From positions 806,001-870,000 of the forward strand of contig MU053881.1 of assembly GCA_013239625.1 (NCBI GenBank): DNA of 64,000 nt. The letters run 5' to 3'. Below the pieces are notes generated by a model. That model searched no databases. It was not told the origin of the DNA and was given only the letters and a program-made list of their open reading frames with translations. The position numbers and the translations under genes are program-made. Source of the stretch: Lama guanicoe (taxonomy: Eukaryota). Shown one piece after another: positions 34,740 through 47,091 of this stretch (position 1 is the stretch's first letter; every line of letters begins with the position of its first letter).

Positions 34740-35128
34740 TGGTAGGCAGAATAATGGGCCACGTCCGAATCCCTGTAACCTGTAAGTATGTTACTTTTCA
34801 CGGCAAAAGAGATTTTGCAGTTGTGCATAAGTGAACGATCTGGAGAGGAGGAGAGTCTCCATCCCAATGTATCTGACCAGTGGGGTCAAAGCTGGAGAGA
34901 TCCATGTGACAGTGGAAGCTGAGGCTGGAGAGATGCATGGTCATGAGCCAAAGAATGAAGGCGGCCTCTGGAAGCTGGAAAAGGCAGGAAACAGATTCTC
35001 CCGTAAAGCCTCCGCAGGGAAGTACTGCCAACCCATTTTAGAGTTCTGACCTCCGGAATTATAAGAAAATAAATTTGTTGTTTTAAAGCCAGTAAATCTG
35101 TGACAGCGGCACTAGGAAACTAATCCAC
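34740..35128 (+). mobile_element. MLT1 (B/C/D-like) MaLR LTR
   Basis: 'tggtaggcagaataatgg...gaatccctgtaacctgtaagtatgttac...gaagctggaaaaggcaggaaacagattctccc...ctaggaaactaat'. Confidence 0.85.
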
Positions 35129-35334
35129 ACCCGACAAAGAGGTCAACTTTGTATCTATTTGTATATTCATTTCATGATCTCTATGGCTCTGTTCTTTGAA
35201 TTCTCCTTTAAGCTTCCTATAACACCTTATTGATTTTATCACTAATCAGTGAGTTCAATAAAGTATTTTAAATATGTTTATTTTATATTTTTATGAATTT
35301 ACGATTTCACTCTTCTAAAAAATTATTTTTGACA

Positions 35335-36640
35335 GCATTGCCAAGACTATTCATTAGGGAAAGGAGGTCTTTCTAACAGTGCTGTGAAGAGGTGCCGGGA
35401 AAACTGGGCACCAACATGCCAGAGAATGAATGTACCCTTATCTCACGCCATTTGCAAAAATTAAGTCAAAATAGATAAAAGACCTAAATGCAAGAACTAG
35501 AACTCTAAAGCTCTTAGATCAAAACATAGGGGAGATTTTCATGACATTGGATCTGGCAATGATTTCTTGGATATGACACCAAAGGAAAGGCAACAAAAGA
35601 AAAAACTGGATATATTAGATTTCATCAGACATAAAAATTTTATGCATCAAAGGATACTACCAAGAAAGTGAAAAAGAAACCCCTGGGATGGGAGAAAATA
35701 TTTGCAATCACCTATCCAGTAAAGGACTGATATGCAGAATATATGGAGAACTCCTAAAACTTAGTAACAAAAAACCCCAAACAACCCAACTCAAAAATAT
35801 GCAAAGGACTTGAATAGACATTTCTCCAAAGAAGATATATAAATGGCCAGTAAGCACATGAAAAGGTGCTTAACACTAGTAATCACAAGGGAAATGCAAA
35901 TAAAAATCACAATGAGATCTCACGTCACACCGATTAGAATGGCTACGATCAAAAATCCAGAAACGATTGTTAGAACTGACACAGAGAAAATGCAACCCTT
36001 GTGCACTGCCGGTGGGAATGTAAAATGGCACAGCCACTGTAGAAGACAGTAGGGCAGTTCCTCAAAAAATGAAGCATAGAATTACCATTTGATTCAGCAA
36101 TTTCACTCCTGAGTATATACACAAAAGATTTGAAAGCAAGAACTCAAACAGATCTTTGTACCCTCATGTTCACAGCAGTACTATTGACAGTAGCCAAAAG
36201 GTGGGAGCAACCCAAGTGTCCACCAACGAACAAACAAAATGTGGGTTTACCCATACAATTGAATATTATCAGCTTTAAAAAGGAACTAAATTCTGACACA
36301 TGGTTACACAGATGAACTTTGAAGACATTATGCTAAGTGAAATGTCAGAAGTAAAAGGATAAATACTGTGTAATTCCACTTTTATGAAGTATCCAGAGTA
36401 GTCAATTTCATAGAGACAGGAAGTTGAACAGTGATTACAAGGGGCTGGGAACAGGAGGAAGTAGGAAGTTAGTGCTTAATGGTTAGTTTCAGTTTGGGAT
36501 AATGAAAGCGTTTTGTAGATAAATAGTAGTGATGGTTGCACAGTAGCCTGAATGTATTTAATGTCATTGAACTGTACACTCATGGTTAAAAAGGTAAATT
36601 TTATGTTATAAATATTTTACCACAATAAAAATCAAATTAA
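35335..36640 (+). mobile_element. L1M ORF2 3' part and 3' UTR
   Basis: ORFs 35843..36052 (MASKHMKRCLTLVITREMQIKITMRSH) and 36130..36315 are degenerate ORF2p; ends 'ttttaccacaataaaa'. Confidence 0.9.
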
Positions 36641-36767
36641 AATTATCTTTTAATAGAAAGTGATAGGTAGAGAAGACAGGTAAGGGAGACCCAGTAGATG
36701 ATACATGATTGGAATCTACAAAGCAGAAACCAAAAGGGTGAATCAGAACAGACGTTTTAAAAGAATA

Positions 36768-37463
36768 GTTTGGTGCAGCCATTATGGAAAACAGTATGGA
36801 GATTCCTCAAAAAACTAAAAATAGACTTAACCATGTAATCCAGCAATCCCACTCCTGGGCATACATCCAGAGGGAACTCTAATTCGAAAAGATATATGCA
36901 CCCCAGTGTTCATAGCAGCACTATTTACAATAGCCAAGACATGGAAACAACCTGAATGTCCATTGACAGATGACTGGATAGAGAAGCTGTGGTATATTTA
37001 TATGATGGAATACTACTCAGCCATAAAAAAGAATAAAATAATGCCATTCGCAGCAACATGGATGGACCTGGAGATCATCATTCTAAGTGAAGTAAGCCAG
37101 AAAGAGAAAGAAAAATACCATATAATATCACTTATATTTGGAATCTAAAAAAAAAGACATAAATAAACTTATTTACAAAACAGAAACAGACTCACAGACA
37201 GAGAACAAATTTATGGTTACCAGGGGAGAAAAGGGGTGGGAAGTGATAAATTGGGAGTTGGAGATTTACAGATACTAACTGCTATATATAAAATAGATAA
37301 ACAAGGTCCTACGATATAGCACAGGAAGCTATATTCAATATCTTGTAGTAACCTATAATAAAAAAGAATATGAAAAAGAATATATATGTATATATGCATG
37401 ACTGAAACATGCTGTGCACCAGAAATTGACACATTGTAAACTGATTATCCTTCAACTAAAAAA
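36768..37463 (+). mobile_element. Young L1 3' end
   Basis: ORF 36906..37148 (MFIAALFTIAKTWKQPECP...MPFAATWMDLEIIILSEVSQKEKEKYH) is the ORF2p C-terminus; A tail at ~37458. Confidence 0.93.
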
Positions 37464-38740
37464 ATGGAAAAATATAATGTAAGAAAGCTTTTGTGAAACT
37501 AAGCTTTTAATCTATATATTGAGAAAGCATACTGTATTCCAGACAAAACTGACACCAAATGTCAACACTGATACATATCCTAGAAAACAACTCGCCTTTA
37601 AAGATAAAGAAAGACTCTTTTGCATAGTCAGGCAAAAACATTACTTGAGGGGAAGAAAATCAGGTTGGCATTACCTCCTCCACATCAACACACAGAGTCA
37701 GAAGACAGTGGAGCAGCAGCCACAAGACAGACAATAAGAGAAAGTGTGAGCCACGGATTTCTAGCCAGGCTGAACTTTCTAGCCAGACAAGTTTGAAATA
37801 TTCAGAAGACCAATGGTAGGTTTCCCATGAGCACTTGCTGAAGACTCTATTGGGGGACAAGGTTAACCAAGCTAGAGCCGCCAGGAGCCGCCAGCAGAAG
37901 GTCCGATGGTGAGCCCTGGAGTATCTGGGGCATGAGCAACTGAAGAGCTGATACAAAAGTCGGGCACAGGGGACAACAGAGGAGAACGTAAGTGTCTTAT
38001 GTCCTGACGATGCAGATAGAATCAATTTTTTAAATGGGAGAAAAAGAGAAAGTAGAATAAAAAATACAGAATAAGTAAGCAGAATAAATACAAAAAAAAA
38101 AGCAGAAAGTAGAATCAGTCTGCTAACTGCCTCCTATAGCACAGAGTTAAGGGAGATTTTTTAAACTAACAAATCAAGTGGTGGAATTTTAGGCATAGTT
38201 AAGAGGTCAAAAATAAACAAAGATAAAGAAGACATAAGGAAAGATAAAGAAAACGTAGGTTAAGAAAGAGTTTCAATGTCCTAAACTGGAATGCAGAGGA
38301 GGGAATGCAAAGGAGGAAGCTAGAAGCTTTTCTGTTTTTTTAACGTTCATAGTAGAGAAGAAATGAACGCCATCTGAAAAGGGAGCGGGGGAGTTGCTAT
38401 ATAAAGATTTAACATATATAATCTTATGCATAATTTTAGTAACAACTAAAATAAAAATATGAGCCTTGCCAAAATTAGAACTAATAAAATGAGCAAAAAG
38501 AACAGACTACATACTGAAATAATTAAAAAAATATATATATATAAAGTAAGTACAACAAAATACAACAGAACGAAGAAGAAACTTATTTCATATAAATAAA
38601 TATAAATATAAATGTGCTTAACTCATATTTTAAAAGAAAGATTTTTCACATTAGATCACAAAGTAAAATCCACTGTGTGCTGTTTACTAGAGACAAACTG
38701 AAAGCAAAAATTCAGAAAAGTTAAAAATAAAAGAATCAGA

Positions 38741-38831
38741 GGAGAGAGAAATAGCTTCGCGGTAGAGCGCATGCTTAGCTTGTACAAGGTCCTGGGTTCA
38801 ATCCCCAGGACCTCCACTGGAATTAAAAAAA
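38741..38831 (+). mobile_element. tRNA-Ala-derived SINE (Vic-1-like)
   Basis: 'atagcttcgcggtagagcgcatgcttagcttgtacaaggtcctgggttcaatccccaggacctcca'. Confidence 0.85.
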
Positions 38832-38893
38832 GAATAGCCAAGGCGTACCAGCTAAACGAAAAAAAGAAAAAGAAAAAAGGAGGTTGTGCTCTT

Positions 38894-39032
38894 GCTTGTA
38901 TTGTTTGTTGCATGAGGGGGAGGTAGTCAGGCTTCCTCATTGACTTCTGCGTGGAGGAGGTACTGGGGATCGAACCCGGGACCTCCTGGGTGCTGAGCAT
39001 GCGCTCTACCACGTGCGTGATACCCTTCCCCC
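38894..39032 (-). mobile_element. tRNA-Ala-derived SINE (Vic-1-like) with TSD
   Basis: tRNA-like head; direct repeats aggttgtgctctt (38881-38893) and aggttgtgttctt (39034-39046). Confidence 0.88.
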
Positions 39033-42000
39033 AAGGTTGTGTTCTTAATATTAGAAAAGATAGAATTTACAGTAAAAGTATTAAATAAGCCAAAGAGGAG
39101 CATTTTACGATGCTGAGGGCTACAATCCACAACAAAAGTATTATGAATATCTACATACCAAGTAGCAGCAGTTGTCAGAAAAATTGGGTATGAGCCGTCT
39201 GGAAAAACACAAAGTTGGATTCATACCTGACCGTGCTCATCATGATAAGTTTCAAGTGGGTCAAAGATTTAAATTAAAAACATAAAATTATAAAATTACC
39301 AGAACAACATGTGACAAATTTCTTGGTAACCTTGAAATGGGGACATCCTTTCTATCATTCAAAATTAAAAGCCGTTAAAATAAGCTAATATATTTGACTA
39401 CATTAAAGAGAACCTTCCACTAGGCTTCTGGAAAGATGGAATAGATACACTTTTTGCCTATTCCTCCTGCTAAGAACAACTAAAACGCCTGGAATTACAC
39501 AGAGAACAAACATAAGAAGACCCTGGAAAGTTTAGAGTTAAAGGCAGACTGACTATAAACACCTCAACAGAGCCTTCTCTCTGTGGCCAGAGGACCAGGA
39601 AAGAGACCGCTTGATAAGATAGGAAACTTTTAGACAGTAATGGAGGTAATGTTAGAAAGTCTCCTAGTGAGTTCAGCACATTGATCGGCAGAGGGAGAAA
39701 ATGGCAAATAATATTCTCAATAGATGCAGCAAAAGAATTTGATAAAAATCAAAAGCTACTCATGATTTTAAAAAAACAACTGAACTTTTGGCCGTTTAGA
39801 AATAGAACGGGGTATACACTAACGATCTACGGCAAACATTGCACTCCGAGGTGACACACTAGAGGTGGGCCTTAGCCAGTCAGAAGTAAGATGGGATACC
39901 CCACGTACTGCTGCCGTCCAGTATTGTCATGGGGGTTCCAGACGTGCAGAGAACAAAGAGAAATTCGACTCATAAAGACGAAAAAAGCAAACCGAACAGT
40001 AACTATTGTCTGGTAAGATGACTGTGGAAACAGACCACACTCCCACTTTACAGACAGAAGACTGGAATTAATAAGGTAGTTTAGCAAGCTGCTGGATATA
40101 TAATCAATAAACAAAAATCAATTGCCTTTATGCTCCGAAAAACAATGAAAATAAATCAGCTTACTAAAGCAGCAAAAAGTATGGAGTGCCTAACCATAAT
40201 GCCAGCAAATGTCTTGCAAGGGACTTCTAAACGCCTCAGTTCCAACAGCCTTGGGTCCAACCCAAGCATGGCAACAGAGGGGAGAAAAAAGGAGGAGCCT
40301 GAGGCTGGCACCTCAGACCGACCACGCAGCCTTCTGCTGAGGGGTTTTCTTGTATCAGCCTCCGGGTGAGAGTCAGAATGTCTTGAGTTAAAGACATTAA
40401 GTAGTGGGTGCAGGAAGCTGCCCAGTAGCGACGCTCCTCTAAGAGCTGGACCACTCCATCTTGCCTTCCCCTAGTTGCATCTGGTGGCATTGACCCAGCA
40501 GGGGCATCTCCCACCACACCTGGACCGCTCACCCTCACCAGACACACCTGCTGGTCCCAGGGGGATAATGGGCATTGGTGGCCAGTCTGGTACATCCTGG
40601 CCTCACGCCTGCACACGTATTTTTAAGATGAATTTAATTCCGTTAATAGGTAGTACGTTTGTATTGTTAACCAAACCGAATCACACGCAAAACCTTGGTG
40701 GCGGGTGACAGGTGGGGCCGAGAGCTTGCGCAGGAAGCAGCTTGTGTGCACCGAGCATCTCCGCTGTCTCGGCATCCCTGTCCCAGAATTCCTCTCGTCT
40801 GCAGTCATCGCTTGCCCCGTTCTCGGACCTGCCCTCACTCTTCCCTTTATCCTTTGACTGTCTCCTGGTGAAAACTGCTCCTCTGGCAATTTTCCGGAGG
40901 AGGCAAGAAGAACAAAAGTATTGTCTCCTTGAAAAGCCTTTCCTGAGAAGACACCCCAGCTCCTCTTGTCCTTGGGGCCTGATGTGCCCAAACCTCCAGG
41001 GCAGACCTCCCCTGTGCTCCTGACCCCAGTCCCACCCTGCGAGCCAGCACCGCCTTCCCTGCACGGCCGACCTGCCAGGGCTGTCTGCACTGGAGCCCCG
41101 CGGACCCCAGAACAAAGGTGCAAGTGAGGGGAGCCCCCAGGAGAGGCGCGGTCCTGGACTAGGGGCAGAGGGGGAGGGGCCAGCAGCAGCACCTGCAAAG
41201 GCAGGAGGGGCAAGTCAGACGTGTGCAAAGCCCTGCTGGGCAGGAAGCGGGGCCGGGCATGCGCGGACAGGAGAGCCCGGCCGTGCTCACGGAGCGCTTC
41301 CTCCCGCAGTGGGCTCCCTGCGCGGGACGTGGGAGGGACTGGGGAGGAGGCTGGTGTGCGTGGCTGTAGGCCAGGGTCCTAGGATAGGGAAGCCTGGGAG
41401 CAGAGACCTGGCAGAAGCCAGGAGCCCCCGCTCTCCAGTCTCTTGGATCCTGTTTGGGATCCTGGGCAGAGGGGACGGCTAGTTGTCACCATGGGCTTGG
41501 GACTGAGTCTGGAGCCGGGCTGGGGACTCTACTCACCCCGCCTCCTGACCCCACCTCCTCAGCACTTTTCTAAACAATATGCCAACTGGCCCATTACAGC
41601 ATCCCAAATTATCCAGATCAAAAAGTGGTTTATTGTTACTGCAGCCTCAAATTTCAGGAGTGGGCAGTGGCCTTGGGTTGTTGGCCTGTTATTCCAAGGA
41701 CAGGGAGAGGGGTTGTTCCTCTGGCTGTTGATGAATTAATGACAAACCGGAGGATTTGGGGTTTCTTTGCCCTTCAAATCAAGCACCAACATAGGATTTA
41801 GCATTTTCCTTCTGACTGGAATTTGTGGCTTATTACTGCCACTAGCACCATCCCAGTGAGTGTGGCTTAAATGTCAAGATATATTTTTCAGGTGCATAAG
41901 ACACCAAAGATCTCAGCTGTCTGGAAAAGTGAATTTTAATTAGCAAAGGGATCCCATAGAACCTCCCCAGCCCTGAAGAAAGAGCCCCGCCAGGCTTTGT

Positions 42001-43393
42001 GCAGTCCTGGTGTTTATTACAGCCTCAGATGGCTGCTGATAGTGTCCAGAGGACCTCAGGACTGCGTTAGTGGGCACTGGTTTTAGCTTTCAAACCTTAT
42101 CTGTCAAGTCCCTAATGCTAAATATCTCTGGAGAAACAAAGAAGGCTACATAAAGGCACTTTGTGAACAGCTAATAGTCCAGTGCTGCCCCGAGGGCCTT
42201 CCACGGACTGGGCTTCCTTAGCAGTTAATTCATGTTAGAAAGAGTTAGCTCTTTGAGAGCCTGGGGCGCCACTCAGATTTGGAAAGGAGCCCCCATTCCT
42301 GTTCTTACCTCACTTTCTCTCACACCTGTTTACTTCTGCTCTGCCTCCTCGGCACGGCCAGAAAAAGCCAAGGACATCCCTTCTCTGATGCAGCAAAGAT
42401 TCATGCATCCAGCCAGCCTCGCCCTAGCAGCTGAGCCCTCAGAGATGCGTGGGGAGGTGACTTTTGAAGGGCTCCCAGACTCCCTGTAAGCAGGCCGGCT
42501 GTGACCCTGAGAGACCAGGTGCCCTGTTACAGTGTGACTGAGGCCGGCAGTGAGGAAGGTGTGTGAGTGTGTGTGTCGGGAAGGTGGTGAACTCACCAAG
42601 CCACAGCCAGATTTTAGAAGATGAGTAAGACTTAATTAGGCAAAAGGGGATACTACTATCCAACATCACAGAAATAAAAGATTATAAAGGAATATTATGA
42701 ACAACTGTTTGTCAACAGCTATTAGATAACTGAGATTAAAAAGAAAGATACATCAGATGAAATGAACACATTCTAGGAGACAGACTACTGAAACTGACTC
42801 AGGAGGAAATTGAAAATCTGAATAGACCTATAGCACATGAACAGATTGACACCAGGAGCCCAGGCAGCAAAATGAAAAATAGAGAAATTAGACTTTGTCA
42901 AAATTAGGAACCTCTGTGTTGTGAAGGACACCATCAAAAATGTAAAAATATTTGTGTATCTGATATTTAGAATTCTTAAAATTCTTAAAGAATTTTCTCT
43001 CACTAAGAAAAGACAAATAACCCAATTGAAGAATGGGCAAATGATCAGAATACACATCTTTTTCCAAAGAAGATATGCAAGTGGCTAACAAACACATAAA
43101 AAGATGTTTAACATTGTTAGTTGTCATGGAAATGTAATCAAAACCACAATGAAAACCATTTTACATTCAGAAGCTTGGCCAGAATAAAAAAGTCAGATAA
43201 TTCTGGTGAGAATGTGGAGAAATTGGAGCCCTCTGAACCCTGCTGGCAGGAATGTAAAACAGTGTGGTCATATGGGAGGCGGTCTGGCAATTCCTCGAAA
43301 GGTGAAACGTGTAGTTACCATGTGACCCAGCAATTCCACTCCTGGGTGTATACACCCAACAAACATAAAAACGTGCTCTCACAGACACTTGCA

Positions 43394-43884
43394 CAGGTGT
43401 ACCTCGGAGACACCCAGTGTTCAGTTCCAGAACTTTGCAACAAAGTGAATGTTAAAATAAAGCAAGTCCCATGAGTTTTTTTTGGTTTCCCAGTGCGTAT
43501 AAAGTTATGTTTACACTATCCTGTAGTCTATTAAGTGTGCAATGGCCTTGTGTCTAAAAGAGCATTGTACAGACCTTAATTAAAAAGTACTTTGTTGCTA
43601 AAAAACATTGACCATCATCCTGACCCTTCAGTGAGTCATAATTAGAATAACAACATTGACGATCACTGATCATAGATCACCATAGCAAATACAGTCATGA
43701 AGTGGTTTGAAATATTGGGAGAATTACCAAAATGTGACACAGAGACACAAGGTGAGCAACTGCTGTCAGAAAAATGGCACCAATAGATTTGCTCGACACA
43801 GGTTTGCTCCAAACCTTCAATTTGTAAAAATTGCAGTATCTGTGGAGGCAGTAAAGGGAAGCACAGTAAAAGGGGGTCTGCCTG
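43394..43884 (+). mobile_element. Tigger1-derived internally deleted DNA transposon
   Basis: Terminal inverted repeats caggtgtacctcg.../...ggtctgcctg resembling the Tigger1 CAGGCATACCTCG TIR; interrupts colinear L1. Confidence 0.85.
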
Positions 43885-44020
43885 TGCGTGAGTATTCACA
43901 GCAGCATTATCCATAGTAGCCTCCAAGTGGAAACAACCCCAAATCCATCAAGTGATGAACAGAACAAAATATGGTATATTCATACAGCAGTATATTACTT
44001 GGCAATAAAAAGGAATAAAG

Positions 44021-44637
44021 TTCCTGGGAGTATATCTGGAGAAAACTGTAGTTGGGAAAGATACATGCACCCCAATGTCCACAGCAGCACTTTTAACAAC
44101 AGCCAAGACATGGAAGCAGCCTAAGTGTCCACCGACAGATGACTGAATAAAGAAGTTGTGGTATATTTATACAATGGAATACTACTCGGCCATAAAAAAG
44201 AATAAAATAATGCCATTTGCAGCAAAATGGATGGACCTGGAGATTGTCATTCTAAGTAAATAAGCCAGAAAGAGAAAGAAAAATATGATATCGCTTATGT
44301 GTGGAATCTAAAAAAACTCACAAAAATGAACTTATTTACGTAACAGAAACAGACTTAGAGACATAGAGAACAAACTTACAGTTACCAGTGGGTAGAAGGG
44401 GTGAGAAAGGATAAATTTGGGAGTTTGAGATTTGCAGTATACTGTATATAAAATAGGTTAAACGACAAGTTTATACCATGTAGCACAGGGAACTATCTTC
44501 AATATTTGGTAACCTAAGAAGAAAAGAATATGAAAAGGAATATATGCATGTATATGTGTGACTGAACCATTATGCTGCACACCAGCAGTGTACACAACAC
44601 TGTAAGTTGACTATACTTCAATAAAAAAAAGAATGCA
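44021..44637 (+). mobile_element. Young L1 3' end with 14-bp TSD
   Basis: TSD aaaaaggaataaag at 44007-44020 and 44638-44651. Confidence 0.93.
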
Positions 44638-46474
44638 AAAAAGGAATAAAGCACTGGTACACGCAACAGCAGAGATAAACCTTGAGATTATTGCTAAATG
44701 AAAGAAGTCAGTCATAAAAGACCAATTATGTGATTCCATTTATGTGAAATGTTCAGAAGAGATAAATTTATAGAGACAGAAAGTTGGTTACTGGCTGCTC
44801 AGGGCTGGGGGGTGGGAAGTGGGGCAGAAGGCTATTGGGTAACGGGGCTTGGAGGGGAGTCAAGAAAATGTTCTGACGTTGATTTTGGTGATGGTTGCGC
44901 AGCTCTGTGAATATACTGAAAGCCATTGACTCATATACTTCAGAGAGGTGAACTTTATGCTACATGAATTGTGTCTCAATAAAGTTGTTATTTAAAGACA
45001 AGAAGTCACTGGGCAGAGGGAAGGGCATGTTGGGCTGGGGAACAGCATTCCACACGAGCGTGTTTGGGCACTTGGAACTCTTGATATGACGGTGGCAGCT
45101 GGCGGTGCGCGGAGGGGCACCGGGCAGGGCGGAAGGCGAGAGCAGTGGGCCTGGACTGGAGCACCCAGACTCGGGGGCCTGGATGTTCTTTGGAGGCCAT
45201 GATGGGCCAGTGGAAAACAGGAAGTAAGCTGAAGGAAGACTGCTTCAGAATGGAGGGCGGGCGGCTGAGGCCAGGGCTGACCGGGGCAGCAGGTGCCAGG
45301 TGTGGGCAAGAGGGGGTAGCTTTGAGAGCCATGTGGAAGGCCTAATCAACATTGTGGGGTGTGGAGAAGGGCCAAGGAGAGACCCCCCCATTGGGGGACT
45401 CTGGGGAGGAGGGGGGTCCTGCAATGAGGATGGATTCTGTCCCCCCCACCCCACTACTGACCTGATCCGTGAATCCAGCCCGCACGCCCGAGCGTCCCCC
45501 AGCCTGGGCCCCACACCGGGTGCTGGGACACAGAGACAGGGCGGACTCCCAGCCCCGCTGTGGGACAGCGGGGCAGAGGGTGAGCTGAGGGGTGGCAGGA
45601 GGGAGCAGAGTAGGTTTCCTTGATGGGGAGTCCAGCGCCAATCCTTTCACGGATTCCCTGATTCTCATTGGAAAGGACGATGGAAAAATGAAAGTGGGAT
45701 CTGGAAACAAGCCAGCGAATAAAAAGCCTCTGAACAGGCCTGCCTGCCTCCAGTGACCGCTTCTCCTTTGCCTTTGAGGCTGTGGCTGGGGACGCGGTCA
45801 AGCTCTTTAACCTCCTGATGCCTCGGAACCCGAGGGCCACGGTGAACGTTAAAGGTGACAGTGTGTGTGAGTCACTGAGCGCGGGGCCTGACCTAGAGGG
45901 AGGGCTGCTTAAAGACCAGCCAGAGGTTCCATCCTCGCCCGCGCATGTGGCCACCTCTTACATTTTTGGAAGGATGAGATGGGTCTCATTCTGAGTTCTT
46001 TCTCTTAACTGGGGGTCATGAGATTTTTCACTGTGTGTGTGTGTGTCTGTGTGTGTTAGTATCTTGAGGCGGCTTTTTTTTTTTAGTGGGAAGATGCACA
46101 AAAGGGACTACTTACTTTAAGCTTTTATTTATTTATTTTAAATTAATGAATTACTTAATCCTTATTTTTGTCTCCTGCACTGTCATGAAAAAGAGATGTG
46201 AGCTTAAGGTTTTAAAAGTCTTATGTCTATGGCTCTCTCTTCTGCCACGTTTGCTTTGTGAACATTGATGCTGTGTTATTTATTACTTAGATATCAGCGT
46301 CTCTGTTGAGAATTACACCTTTGACCCTAACAAAGGGCCATTTTTCATCTTAATGAATGTATTTGCCATGAATCCAAACTTTATACTCTTTTTGCTGCAT
46401 TTCTTTGATCGATCACTCATACTCTGGTGTTTTACCTTTTTGAGTTACTCTGTTTTAGTTATGTCTCTTGGTTT

Positions 46475-46646
46475 TTTTTAATTTAATTTAATTTAATTTT
46501 TTTATTGAGGTATAGTGGGCTTACCATGCTGTGTCAAGTCCTGGTGTGCAGCACAAGGCTTCAGTCATACATATATTCATTTTCATATTCTTTTTCACCA
46601 TAAGCTACTACAAGCTATTGAATATAGTTCCCTGTGCCATACAGCA
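46475..46646 (-). mobile_element. Short young L1 3' terminus
   Basis: 'tttttattgaggtatagtggg...gaatatagttccctgtgcc'; TSD-like ctcttg(g/t)ttt on both sides. Confidence 0.8.
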
Positions 46647-46959
46647 CTCTTGTTTTGTTTTTTTTTTTAATTGAAGTAATCTCTCATACATTACTTTTTG
46701 GAACATCTTTGACTGTGTGTTAACCCATGCATTAGACCAAGTGACAGGTGTGTTCTGTCGTGCAATTTAGTTTTTAGAACTGTAAAAACACTCCTTATAT
46801 CATCTGTTTTATTCATTTTGCCTTTTTAGGTGTATTTCTTCTGATAAGTAGAAAAGTGTGTATTACTGTTAGCGCTTTTATTGAGATGTAACTGACATAA
46901 AACACTGAACGAGGTTTACGTGAACAGCAGGATGATTTGATACGTGTGCTACTCAGTCT

Positions 46960-47091
46960 TTTTTTTAAATTTCTTTTTTGGCGGGGAGAGGTAATTAGGG
47001 TTATTTATTTATTTTTAGAGGAGGTCCTGGGGATTGAACCCGGGACCTCGTGCATGCACGCACTCCACTGCTTGAGCTACACCCTCCCCCC
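46960..47091 (-). mobile_element. tRNA-Ala-derived SINE (Vic-1-like) with TSD
   Basis: tRNA-like head; direct repeats ctactcagtcttttt and ctacttagtcttttt. Confidence 0.88.

Larger units (their letters stand above)
37480..40230 (+). mobile_element. Mosaic of very old L1 fragments (hosts two SINEs)
   Basis: A-rich strand bias; endonuclease-region motif 'ccactgtgtgctgtttactagagaca' and RT-region 'tcaatagatgcagcaaaagaatttgataaaaatcaa'. Confidence 0.6.
42640..44995 (+). mobile_element. Old L1M (ORF2 fragments plus 3' UTR) with nested Tigger and young L1
   Basis: Degenerate ORF2 motifs ('gaggaaattgaaaatctgaatagacctata', 'tccaaagaagatatgcaagtggctaacaaacacat'); ends 'tgtctcaataaagttg'. Confidence 0.85.
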
